In this document: positions 18,928-29,497 of the stretch, in pieces
How positions within the stretch are numbered: the stretch's first letter is position 1
How the letters are laid out: each line of letters starts with the position of its first letter
NCBI RefSeq assembly: GCF_000007005.1
Contig: NC_002754.1
Strand: one strand, 5' to 3'
DNA from: Saccharolobus solfataricus P2
GTDB lineage: Archaea > Thermoproteota > Thermoprotei_A > Sulfolobales > Sulfolobaceae
Length of the DNA: 64,000 bases
The notes under the pieces: model-generated
Seen by the model: only the letters and a program-made list of their open reading frames with translations
Databases searched by the model: none
Told to the model about the DNA's origin: nothing
Made by a program: the position numbers and the translations under genes

Positions 18928-19752
18928 ATGAAAAGACTCTTTACATATATCGTAAAGCAAACCCTTTCAAATCCTAACTTAATAGGCTGGGGAGTTCTCT
19001 TTGTATTGTTCTGGGGTCTATTAGGAGCTTTCATAATGGCACCAGGATTCATAAAGCAAATAGAGCCTACTTATATAAAAACAATATATCCAAATTACGT
19101 TGCAGCCTGGTATTCTGATTTAGTAATACTATCGTTAAGCTCACTTGCAGTGTCTGTGTCATACGCAATTTTTTACCAGACGGGAACTTTACCATATTTA
19201 TTGAGATATAGTAAATTAAGAGCGGATACCTATATAATATCTCTTTATTTGGGATTTTTAGTAGTTGGATTAGTAATAGTACTTCTAATGACCGCCGTGA
19301 TCCCATTCATGTTTTCCAACAACGGGATAGGAATAATTACATATCCTTCACAAATTCACATTTTAATTCCGATTTCCGTCCTCGGAAGCCTATTCTTTAT
19401 ATCGCTCTCTACGCTTCTAACGCTAATTACGATTAAACTTAAAGGAATGAGAATGCAAAATCTAATTAGCTTCATACCCTTAATATTGGGCTATATATTC
19501 TATTCACTATTTACATTTTCAGAGTATCCAAGTATTTTGGATTATACATCACCTTACTTAACAATAGTGCTATTACTATATTACGGATACACTGGAAATG
19601 TACCGCCAATAAGCGTGCAAAGTCAACAAACGGTATCACTTGAAGGTGTTATTATATCTTCTGTATTATGGACTTTGATTCTAACTATAATAGACATTAT
19701 TCTAATGAAGAGAATATACTACACTAACATAGAAGAGAGTAGATTTCTATAA
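18928..19752 (+). CDS. ABC-2-type exporter permease
   Basis: 6-TM pattern; divergent from the ABC ATPase. Confidence 0.7.
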   Translation: MKRLFTYIVKQTLSNPNLIGWGVLFVLFWGLLGAFIMAPGFIKQIEPTYIKTIYPNYVAAWYSDLVILSLSSLAVSVSYAIFYQTGTLPYLLRYSKLRADTYIISLYLGFLVVGLVIVLLMTAVIPFMFSNNGIGIITYPSQIHILIPISVLGSLFFISLSTLLTLITIKLKGMRMQNLISFIPLILGYIFYSLFTFSEYPSILDYTSPYLTIVLLLYYGYTGNVPPISVQSQQTVSLEGVIISSVLWTLILTIIDIILMKRIYYTNIEESRFL

Positions 19753-19982
19753 ACGCACATGTTGTTCTTTACTTTTTGATACCCAACAAGCTTACTCTAT
19801 ATGATGATCCTTAGTATAGGTCGGGCAGGGTAAAATCTTCAAGTAGTTAATTTTTGACAAATTTATTAGCAAATGGGTATTAAATAGCAAGAATCCTTTC
19901 ATATATGCTTTATTATCACACAAAAACTATGGGTGGATTAATTCCTGATAATAACTGCATTAACATTATAAATTTCGTTAGT

Positions 19983-20936
19983 CTAAGGTTGGTATGTGAC
20001 ACTAATGTTTAATGTTTGTCCATTTGATAACATCAGTTGCACAACGTAGATGTTACCTGCAATAAATGTGAAAGATGCCTTGAAATCGATCTTGATATTA
20101 TTGTAACCTACAGAAAGCTGATTAGGTACAATGTTACTTGTGGAATAGCTAGTACCTAATATTGTAGCAGTTAAAATTCCCAATTGAAATTGGGAATATA
20201 TAGTAGCTTCAGCTATACCATTACTATAAAGCTTCCCAACACCAACTTGCTCTATTGGCAAAGAAGGTTGGAACATAGTAGGTAATTGTTGTTGCTGACT
20301 AGGTAAGTTACCAATTATATTACCTAATCCCGAATATATCTTATAGAAGCCGATTATTGTTATTATTAAACCTATTATGGAGATGATTATGGATAGGATA
20401 AAGCCTATTAGAGCTATCAGTCCGCCGTCTTTTATATCCTTATTATTATAAATTTCTCCAGTCTTCATGAAGGCTAGGAAAAGGAGTATATATCCTACTA
20501 GACCTAATACGCCACCGATTAAGGCGAAAGCAACAGCTCCTACGGCCGAAGAGAGAATTGTCCCAACAGCTACAGAGGGATTCAATGCTTGTGCAGAAAA
20601 TAATACTGGTAAAAGAAATATGAAGGCTATGATCGTTATTGCGGTTCCAGCAACTATTAGTATGATACTTGTAATGCCTCTTCCCAAATCCCTCCCTAAT
20701 GAAGTTAATATTTGAAAACCACTTTTAATATTTACATACGTTAGATACAGGAGAAGAATTTGTATTACTAATCCAAATATTCCAACACTTAAACCAATAT
20801 CTAAATTATTAATTGCAAATAATGTTGCAATAACAATTATTTCAAAAATGATTCCAAAAATTTCTGATATTAGGAGGTATTTCACCCCATTTCTTACCTC
20901 TTGTAATCCTAAAATCTCCCTATTTTGTTGAGACAT
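19983..20936 (-). CDS. DUF973-like Sulfolobales membrane protein
   Basis: 5-6 TM segments plus a C-terminal beta domain (QVGVGKLYSNG...LSVGYNNI...LSNGQ). Confidence 0.75.
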   Translation of the reverse strand: MSQQNREILGLQEVRNGVKYLLISEIFGIIFEIIVIATLFAINNLDIGLSVGIFGLVIQILLLYLTYVNIKSGFQILTSLGRDLGRGITSIILIVAGTAITIIAFIFLLPVLFSAQALNPSVAVGTILSSAVGAVAFALIGGVLGLVGYILLFLAFMKTGEIYNNKDIKDGGLIALIGFILSIIISIIGLIITIIGFYKIYSGLGNIIGNLPSQQQQLPTMFQPSLPIEQVGVGKLYSNGIAEATIYSQFQLGILTATILGTSYSTSNIVPNQLSVGYNNIKIDFKASFTFIAGNIYVVQLMLSNGQTLNISVTYQP

Positions 20937-20986
20937 ATGGTATACTTAATCTTTAGTCAAATAATATTTTCCCTAAGGGTCTAACA

Positions 20987-21718
20987 TTAGCGGAAATTCC
21001 AGTCGAAAGAGAAGTCAAAACTTACGGGTTTACTATACCAAATTTTACTCCTAACATCGTTATCATCTCTCCCTATAGCCCACTTTAAGTATTGCATACC
21101 TTTAATTCCATTAGTGGGATCAACGGGAAACCATACATCACCAATCTTAACTTCAATCCATGCATGAGCTTCCTTAGTGGAAAATGGGATCAAACCAATA
21201 ACGTATCTAGCTGGAATTCCTAATGCTCTAAGAATTCCTATGGCAACATGACTGTAATTTACACAAACCCCAGAACCCATAATTAAGGAACCAAAAGCTG
21301 ATTTAACACTTTTATTATTTTTATCATACCTAATACTATCCCTAACCATACTAATCACTTCATCTATGAGATCATCAAATGAGAAATACCTTACGTTAAT
21401 CATCTTAAACTTATCAACATTAACGTATTTGCTTGAAGAGAGAAAAACCTCTTCTTCGTTCTCAGATTTCGAGAATGAGTTCACTTCTACCTCATAACTG
21501 ATAATAATTGAAAAATCATCCGAAGGGTTGCACTTAAAATCTAGATGTTCGTTTCTAAACCTATCTTGATTTATGCTAACCTTACAAAATGATGGGTGGT
21601 CGATATTAAAATGTAGGACCTTTTGAGCATTATCTCTATAAGGAAGGATGTAAAGTCTGCCCATTATTTCGCTTGGCTTAGAAAAGGAAACCTCAGCCGA
21701 TAGTTTATATCTAGTCAT
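20987..21718 (-). CDS. Transglutaminase-like cysteine protease
   Basis: GVCVNYSH, GIPARYV, HAWIEV and DPT give the Cys-His-Asp triad pattern. Confidence 0.9.
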   Translation of the reverse strand: MTRYKLSAEVSFSKPSEIMGRLYILPYRDNAQKVLHFNIDHPSFCKVSINQDRFRNEHLDFKCNPSDDFSIIISYEVEVNSFSKSENEEEVFLSSSKYVNVDKFKMINVRYFSFDDLIDEVISMVRDSIRYDKNNKSVKSAFGSLIMGSGVCVNYSHVAIGILRALGIPARYVIGLIPFSTKEAHAWIEVKIGDVWFPVDPTNGIKGMQYLKWAIGRDDNDVRSKIWYSKPVSFDFSFDWNFR

Positions 21719-22024
21719 TATGCTTTACAATAAGAAAGAAAAAAGAAAAGCTTTAACAAAATGACGACGACCCTTCCGTATAGAAACTCCGAGCTAATAA
21801 AATATTAAGAGAAGAGTAACTTTACCATAATAGATATTCTAAGATTAAGATCGATATTCACCTAATTGTCCTTTTAACTAAATTGATTGCAATAGAGCGA
21901 TAGTTAGGAAATTTAAATAAGAACTGTATATTGATAGAGTCTTCGTAAGCTTGATGATACTCTTCTTAGAATGACGTGAAAAAAGGCTTTCTAGGAAGAG
22001 AAATCTGTAGAAAATAGTTTAAAG

Positions 22025-23463
22025 CAGTGGTGTTTCACCAATTTTACTCAAAATGATACAATTTCTATGGAAGAGAAAAATATCAGAGCGGAGTTAGAAA
22101 AATCGGCTTATTTCAACACAAGAAGCAAAAAATTTTCATATTTGTTGAAGAAACTAACAGAAAACGAGTTTATATATAAAGAGTAATACCATTTGTCTAG
22201 TATTATCAATAGAGGAAAGTAGGTGGAAGGACGAGATGAACAAGAAAAGGTTAAAGCGAGGGACTCCATAACTCCGTTATGCAAACCATGATATTACCCA
22301 AAACGGAGCTGAAGTCCCTCGCTATAACTTTAGCAACAAACAATATTAACGTTATCTCTCAAGATCTAGACCCGGAAATAGTGAAAGCAGCACCATCCTT
22401 GCTAACCGGAAACAGAGGAAAATACTACTTGAAGGTAGTAAGACAAGGCGAGAAAGTAATTAGTAAAGGTCAGAGAACCTTCAAGTTCTACCCAATCTAC
22501 AGAGAAGTAAAGGGAGAGACCAACGTAGTCGCTGTAGATGAGACCGGATTAACCGTGGGAGAAAAGGAACAAGAAAAAGCAGAGGGCTTTCTACTCTACA
22601 ACTGGAAGAGAAAAGGAATAAAGATGAGATCCTTGGACCTCGTATATCCCTTAAGGTTACCCCTCCTAGTGGAGGTAGCAGATTTGAGAAGCGACAGTCC
22701 ATCACAGTTCCTACTCAGGAGCGTGAGGGAAGTAAGCCAATACATGGAAATAGATTACGTTGTAGCTGACGCCGGATTCTTGAACCTAGGGGTCATCAAG
22801 GAAATGCCCGTGAAGACCATTGTGAGAGGAAAGTCGAACTTGAAGGGATTCAAGGAACTATCTAACGTTCCATTAGTTGAGAAGAGATATGAGGTTAAGG
22901 ACAAGGTTTACGTTGCGTATAGGGTCTTGGAATTTGAAGGGCTTTATTATTACGATGTGGTTTACGTTAAGGGAAAGCCGAGGCACTTCATGTTCGTAAC
23001 GAACTTCGAGGGAGATCCCTATGAACTGGCTGAACTCTATAGGTTGAGGTGGCAAGTTGAGGAGGGTTTTAAGGTTAGGAAGGCAAGGATAAGGTATGTT
23101 AGGAAGTTGAGTAATAAGATCTTCTTGTTCCTCTATTATACGGTTCTGGATTCTGCGTGGAATCTAGTGAATCATCTTCTCTTTAACTTCAAGTCCACGT
23201 GTAAGAAGGTTTTGTCCTTCGATTCATTCGTCAAGCTTCTCTAACTTTCTCGGTGTTCAGAGGAGACTATGCACGTCGTTTTCACCACGTGAGAAAAATT
23301 CAGAATTCTCCTCTTATTATTAGAATTGTACGCTATATTTTTTGCAAATTATTTTAACATGTTATGTTTCATAATAATTTTATTGTTTTTCTCTATATCA
23401 ATCTCTTTTTGAAAGTGCTAATATTATATCTTTCAAATGAAATAATTTGGTGAAACACCACTG
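22025..23463 (+). mobile_element. ISC1439 (ISH3 family), complete, with 9-bp TSD
   Basis: 1439 bp. TIR CAGTGGTGTTTCACCAA; AGTTTAAAG is duplicated on both sides. Confidence 0.95.
22279..23244 (+). CDS. ISC1439 DDE transposase
   Basis: VAVDET, VADAGF and YRLRWQVEEGF motifs. Confidence 0.93.
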   Translation: MQTMILPKTELKSLAITLATNNINVISQDLDPEIVKAAPSLLTGNRGKYYLKVVRQGEKVISKGQRTFKFYPIYREVKGETNVVAVDETGLTVGEKEQEKAEGFLLYNWKRKGIKMRSLDLVYPLRLPLLVEVADLRSDSPSQFLLRSVREVSQYMEIDYVVADAGFLNLGVIKEMPVKTIVRGKSNLKGFKELSNVPLVEKRYEVKDKVYVAYRVLEFEGLYYYDVVYVKGKPRHFMFVTNFEGDPYELAELYRLRWQVEEGFKVRKARIRYVRKLSNKIFLFLYYTVLDSAWNLVNHLLFNFKSTCKKVLSFDSFVKLL

Positions 23464-23702
23464 AGTTTAAAGTTATTATATTCACACCTCATGAATATCT
23501 TATCTTTGATACCTTATTTAATAATAAAAATGTCCAAACTATTCCAAATCGGTCTAACGTTATCTCTCTCAATAATAGCATAGCCATTATTGCTGCAAAC
23601 GATCTAAGGAATTTGGAGCTACTTTAATTTAAAAGTTACATTTTAATGAGAATGAGTTAATTTTAAATAGGAGTCACTCCAAATTAAATACTAGGTGAAA
23701 AA

Positions 23703-24350
23703 ATGAGTGAGGAAAGAATTCCATTAATAGGAGAAAGATTCCCAGAAATGGAAGTTATAACTACGCAAGGCAGGATAAAACTACCTGATGACTATAAAGG
23801 GAGATGGTTTGTATTATTTAGCCATCCTGGAGATTTCACACCGGTGTGCACTACGGAGTTCTACTCATTTGCAAAGAAATACGAGGAGTTCAAGAAGTTG
23901 AATACTGAACTAATAGGACTTTCAGTAGATAGTAACATTTCACACATCGAATGGATAATGTGGATAGAGAAAAACCTAAAGGTTGAAATTCCGTTTCCAA
24001 TAATCGCTGATCCAATGGGCAATGTTGCTAAAAGACTAGGTATGATCCATGCGCAGTCCTCTACAGCTACAGTTAGAGCAGTATTCGTAGTTGACGATAA
24101 GGGGGTAGTGAGATTAATTCTGTACTATCCGATGGAGATAGGAAGAAATATTGATGAAATTCTTAGAGCTATTAGAGCACTACAATTAGTTGACAAAGCA
24201 GGAGTAGTAACTCCAGCTAACTGGCCTAATAATGAACTAATAGGAGATAAGGTCATTAATCCAGCTCCTAGAACGATAAAAGATGCAAAGATGAGATTAG
24301 GTCAGCCCTTTGATTGGTGGTTCACTTATAAAGAAGTTAAAACAACATAA
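23703..24350 (+). CDS. bcp2: 1-Cys peroxiredoxin (Prx6 type)
   Basis: [13 protein letters not shown] peroxidatic motif. The C-terminal DWWF lacks the flanking resolving Cys. Confidence 0.9.
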
Positions 24351-24371
24351 CATGAATGGGTAAAATTAAAT

Positions 24372-25886
24372 TTATTTTTTGATTCTCTCAAATACATTAG
24401 CTAATTTTAGAACCTTGTCTTCTTCAAAATGCCTTCCTATTATCATCAGACCGACTGGTAAACCATTCGAATATCCCACTGGTATATTCATAGCAGGGTG
24501 TCCAGTAACGTCAAAAGGAGCTGTATTATTTATCATTCCGAGCGCCATTATAAAATATTCATCAAAGCCTGGTTCACTCTTATACCTCATTGCTTTCATA
24601 GGAGTTGTTGGCATTATTAGAGCGTCGTATTTCCTTAACGCACTGTCGTAAGCTTCCTTTAACACAATCGATAAATTTCTTGCCTTTGCGTAGTATCTAT
24701 TGTTATACATCTTTATCATTAAGTAGCCTAACATTAGTACACCTTTTACCGTGTTTGGTAAATCTCTAGCTCTGGATTTTAAGGAGTTCCCAAAGAAATC
24801 TGCAATTTGAGTCTCAAATAAGCCCTTCCTTCCCCATCCTACACCACTTCCTAATATCATGGTTGCTGTGGCACCCTCAATAGCTATTGGAGTCCATATA
24901 TCCAATCCCATCCTATGAAGAGGTATGGAGGTATCCTCTACTTTTATTCCATAATCTTCTAGTTTCTTGGCAGAATCTAATACTAACTCATCAACATCCT
25001 TTTCAGAATTGGACCAATTAAATCCTTCCTTAACTATGCCAACTTTCATATCTTTTACGTCGCCATCAATAAGTTTAGAATAGGGTTTGACTGGAGGTGG
25101 AGGTAGGCTATCTGGCTGTCTTGAATCCAATTCATCCCTCCCTGCTATTACCTCTAAAAGTAATGCTACATCCTTTACCGTATTAGCCATAGGTCCTAGA
25201 TGATCTAATGTAGGCTCTATGGAAAAAGCGCCGGTATATGGAACTAGTCCATGAGTTGGTTTTAGTCCGTATATGCCAACCCACGAACTGGGAATTCTAA
25301 TTGAACCTCCTTGATCTCCTCCAACAGCCATATCACAATAGCCAGAAGCTACTGCTACAGCACTACCGCTTGATGATCCTCCTGCCATATACTCTGGATT
25401 TCTCGGATTTAGTACTGGCCAAGGATAAGATGTATGACTACCTCCTGAGAAGCATAGGTCCTCACACGTAGTCTTAGCTACGATTTCTCCAGCCTCATCC
25501 AGAATCCTTGAAACTACAGTAGCATCCATATGCGGGACAAAACCTTCTAACATTTTAGATCCATTAAGCATAGGTATACCCGCTATCATCACATTGTCCT
25601 TAATGCAAATCCTTTTTCCCTTTAACTTACCCTCTTCCTTACCCTTTATCGAAGTTATCCACACTAAAGCACCATAAGGATTCTCCTCTTTCATAGGTGG
25701 TCGACCTAATGTTCTCTGATACTTAACTCTTGGAGTATAATCTGGCAAGGAGTCTAACCTCTCATAGGATTCCAACTGCAGTTTTAGTAATTGCAAAAAG
25801 GATTTTAACTCCTCATCCTCTAGATCTAAATTAAATTGCTTAGAAATCTCTCTTAAATCCTCCAATGTGGGTAACTTAATTCCCAT
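24372..25886 (-). CDS. Amidase signature family enzyme
   Basis: IKDN, GGSSSGS and [11 protein letters not shown] motifs. Confidence 0.95.
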
Positions 25887-25997
25887 AAAATATTTTAGTA
25901 AGGCAATCTTATAAACAAAAGTTTTAAAAGAAGCATTACATGCTTCGTATCTAACAGATCTGAGTTTGTAACCGTAGGATGGAGAATAGCTTTATAA

Positions 25998-27306
25998 CAG
26001 ACGGGGGTTCAAAGGGGGCGGAAAACTTCTCTTTGAGATGAATCCCTTTGTAGAAAAGTTAAAAATAGGAAAATAACGAAATACACATCAATGCCCACCT
26101 TAGGGTTTCGCTTCCGTGCTTACGCTGACGAACAAACCCTTAGGGCGTTAAAAGCCCAGTTGAAGTTAGCGTGCAAAATCTACAACACCTTAAGGTGGGC
26201 AGACATCTATTTCTATCAGAGGGATGGGAAAGGACTAACACAAACTGAGTTAAGACAGTTGGCTCTAGATCTGAGAAAACAAGATGATGAGTATAAGCAA
26301 CTCTACTCGCAAGTAGTTCAACAAATAGCTGACCGTTATTACGAAGCTAAGAAGAGGTTTTTCGAAGGTTTAGCACGTTTCCCAAAAGAAAAGAAACCTC
26401 ACAAGCACTACTCCCTTGTCTATACGCAAAGCGGTTGGAAAATACTTCACGTTAGAGAAATAAGAAAAGGCAAGAAGAAACTAATAACGCTTAAACTATC
26501 AAATCTTGGTACATTCAAGGTAATTATACACAGGGACTTTCCCCTTGACAAAGTAAAGAGGGTGATAGTGAAGCTAACAAGATCTGAGAGGATATACATC
26601 ACTTTCGTAGTTGATCACGAATTCCCCAAGTTACCTAACACTGGTAAGGAAGTGGCGATAGATGTTGGTGTAGAAAAGTTGTTAGTAACGTCAGATGGTG
26701 AATATTTCCCCAATCTGAGACCTCTTGAAAAGGCGTTATGGAAAGTGAAGCATCTACACAGAGAACTTTCAAGGAAGAAGTTCCTCTCTCATAATTGGTT
26801 TAAGGCTAAGGTTAAGCTTGCTAGGGCTTATGAGCATTTGAAGAATCTAAGAACGGATCTTTACATGAAGTTGGGTAAGTGGTTTGCTGAGCATTATGAC
26901 GTTGTGGTGATGGAGGGTATTCACGCTAAACAACTTGTGTGGGTAAGTCCTTGAGGTCTCTGAGGAGGAGGCTGAGTGACGTGGGATTTGGTGAGCTGAG
27001 GGATGTGCTGAAGTATCAGCTGGAAAAATACGGAAAGAAACTCATCCTAGTTAATCCTGCATACACTTCCAAAACTTGTGCTAGGTGCGGGTATGTGAAA
27101 AATGACTTGTCTCTATCTGATCGTGTTTTCGTTTGTCCCAACTGTGGTTGGATTGCAGATCGTGACTATAATGCTTCTCTTAACATTTTGAAGAGTGCGG
27201 GGTCGGAGCGATCCTTAGTGCCTGTGGAGCTCCGCCCTCTACCAGTACTCTGGCATGGCAGAGCTGTGAAGCAGGAAGCTCCCTCATTTATGAGGGGGTA
27301 GCTCAC
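25998..27306 (+). mobile_element. ISC1316-like IS200/IS605 (IS1341-type) element, tnpB only
   Basis: Left-end hairpin follows TTATAA. Right end is CCCTCATTTATGAGGGGGTAGCTCAC. Highly similar to 49064..50394. Confidence 0.9.
26091..27301 (+). pseudogene. tnpB: tnpB with a frameshift at ~26939 (CTTGTGTGGGT)
   Basis: Two ORFs: the first carries RuvC-I AIDVG and RuvC-II VMEG; the second carries the Zn finger and DRDYNA. Confidence 0.9.
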
Positions 27307-27411
27307 TTCCGCACTTAATCATCCTTATAGAGGGTTACTCCTCATATACCTATGAGAATAACTTTTGTTAGCTAATATGTATCATCATCATCTTCGGCTC
27401 TACGAATAGGA

Positions 27412-27590
27412 TTTATCGGAAAATCGTTACACTTTTACGTTACGTTAAAAATATATAATAAATCTTTCCTGATTAGATGAGAAATGTTTATTGATGAGCT
27501 ATAATATTAAGAAGTACAATGAAAGATATTTATAAATACATGGATAAATATTTTGACTTTTTATGATAAGGGAATTTCCTAAAACTACTA
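27412..27590 (+). repeat. 179-bp AT-rich dispersed repeat, copy A
   Basis: Near-identical to the reverse complement of 57955..58133. Confidence 0.85.
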
Positions 27591-27619
27591 TACGAAATCT
27601 ACAATATCCTATATTATTC

Positions 27620-27830
<211 letters not shown>

Positions 27831-27973
27831 ATGACTATATTCTCGTGGCACGAAACTCTCATAAGCTTAAGGGAAGTCGTTATATAACATTGGACGTTTC
27901 TTTTCAATAATCAAACTTAAGTGATAAAAGTTTTCAAGTAAAGATTTAAGTGGCTATGATTTAATTTAAATGT

Positions 27974-28204
27974 ATGATAGATGAGGAAGCATTGAAGGAA
28001 TGGATAGAGAGGTTTAAAGAGGCCAGGGAGATTAGAAGAAAGTATGCTGACTGGGACTTCATAAAATCACAACCAGTAAAACTAAGAATTGCATTAGAAT
28101 ACTACATAGAAACCGGAGATCTATACAACGCCTCTAGATTAGCTGGGATGATGATGGAAGACTTTAACGAGCTAAGAATAAAGGCGAGGATACCTAGCGT
28201 ATGA
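27974..28204 (+). CDS. UPF0175-like antitoxin, copy 1
   Basis: 76 aa with ASRLAGM...DFNEL HTH-like C-terminus. Overlaps the PIN gene start. Confidence 0.7.
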   Translation: MIDEEALKEWIERFKEAREIRRKYADWDFIKSQPVKLRIALEYYIETGDLYNASRLAGMMMEDFNELRIKARIPSV

Positions 28205-28713
28205 TTGCAGTTGCTGATACTTCTTTTTTAATAGATTGGGTTAGATATTCGAAACGTGATCTAATCTTCCAACTTTTTAATCTCATCTATCTTCCTGATT
28301 CCGTATTTAATGAAGTGAGAAGCGAAAGAACTCTTTTATGGATAGCTCAAGGCTTAGAAAATAATAAGCTTGCAATATTTCCTGAGTTACCACAAATTAG
28401 GGAGGAGGCACTAAGGCTAGTTTATGAGACCAGAAGGCTTCCCGTAAGGCCAGTTGATTATCCAGAGGCTTATTGCGTAGTTGTAGGTAAGGTCGAAGGT
28501 TATACAGTGCTTACGGAAAACGGCGGTGCTGTTGCTCTCATAAATTACTATAAGGAATATAGGGACGTTAAGATAATGAGGGCATTAGAGGTGCTAATTC
28601 AACTTCATAATAGGGGTCTAATTACAGATATAAGAAATGAAATTGAGGAGTATAATAAGCAGACTGGGCATAGGTTTTCAAGTAAAGATTTAAGTGGCTA
28701 TGATTTAATTTAA
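28201..28713 (+). CDS. PIN-domain (VapC-like) toxin
   Basis: IAVADTSFLID, VFNEV, EAYC and LTEN motifs. Confidence 0.85.
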   Translation: MIAVADTSFLIDWVRYSKRDLIFQLFNLIYLPDSVFNEVRSERTLLWIAQGLENNKLAIFPELPQIREEALRLVYETRRLPVRPVDYPEAYCVVVGKVEGYTVLTENGGAVALINYYKEYRDVKIMRALEVLIQLHNRGLITDIRNEIEEYNKQTGHRFSSKDLSGYDLI

Positions 28714-28717
28714 ATGT

Positions 28718-28954
28718 ATGATAGATGAGGAAGCATTGAAGGAATGGATAGAGAGGTTTAAAGAGGCCAGGGAGATTAGAAGAAAGTATGCTGACTGGGA
28801 CTTCATAAAATCACAACCAGTAAAACTAAGAATTGCATTAGAATACTACATAGAAACCGGAGATTATAGAGGGGCTTCACAAATGGCAGGAATGGCCGTA
28901 GATGAGTTTGTGGACTTTGCTAAAGATAAGGCAAAAATACCAACAATTTATTGA
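28718..28954 (+). CDS. UPF0175-like antitoxin, copy 2 (same N-terminus, different C-terminus)
   Basis: Identical to copy 1 through YYIETGD, then diverges. Confidence 0.7.
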   Translation: MIDEEALKEWIERFKEAREIRRKYADWDFIKSQPVKLRIALEYYIETGDYRGASQMAGMAVDEFVDFAKDKAKIPTIY

Positions 28955-29053
28955 ACTTACAAAATGCTGAAAAAGCCTTTTACAGTATATTTAGAATCGT
29001 CCTTCAGAAATAAATCTATAGTGTTAACAAACATATTGTATTTTAATTGTATA

Positions 29054-29165
29054 CAGTAGATCCAAGATCGTATTATTAAAAATAATGGCCTTCTGTTAGT
29101 AACTGATTATCGTACATTATATGATTATTTTACTCAATTATATCAAAATTTATGGAAAATCTTAG
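29054..29165. mobile_element. Left-end fragment of the ISH3-type MITE family seen at 11306
   Basis: CAGTAGATCCAAGATCGTATTATTAAAAA...ATTATATCAAAATTTATGG aligns with 11306..11415. Confidence 0.65.
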
Positions 29166-29171
29166 CAGAGA

Positions 29172-29326
29172 GATTCAGTTATCCATTGCGAATTCACTTT
29201 ATTTCGAATATTGTTACGAAATTAACTAAATGAAGACGGCTAATTAGCAGAGATACACGATTATCAATATTAACATTTTTACAACGTATTATTTACAAAT
29301 TACAATTCGCAATGGATCCATGAATC
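29172..29326. mobile_element. 155-bp MITE (SM-type)
   Basis: Perfect 14-bp inverted core ATCCATTGCGAATT / AATTCGCAATGGAT inside ~23-bp imperfect TIRs. A second copy lies at 9564. Confidence 0.65.
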
Positions 29327-29497
29327 GCCCTAATAAGTTAATATTTAAGCATTATTCGTCAACTTTCCCAGTCTTTTTCAAATCTTTCCATAAAGGGATG
29401 ACGAGATGTAAGAAATTTTGTAATTATTTTTAAGAATTTTCAATCATTTATCAAAAGTAAGCTTATAAAGTTAGAGATATATTCCAATTAGAGAAGT

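Noticed and set aside
23703-24350. Missing resolving cysteines in the peroxiredoxin
   Set aside because: Consistent with an ordinary 1-Cys Prx.
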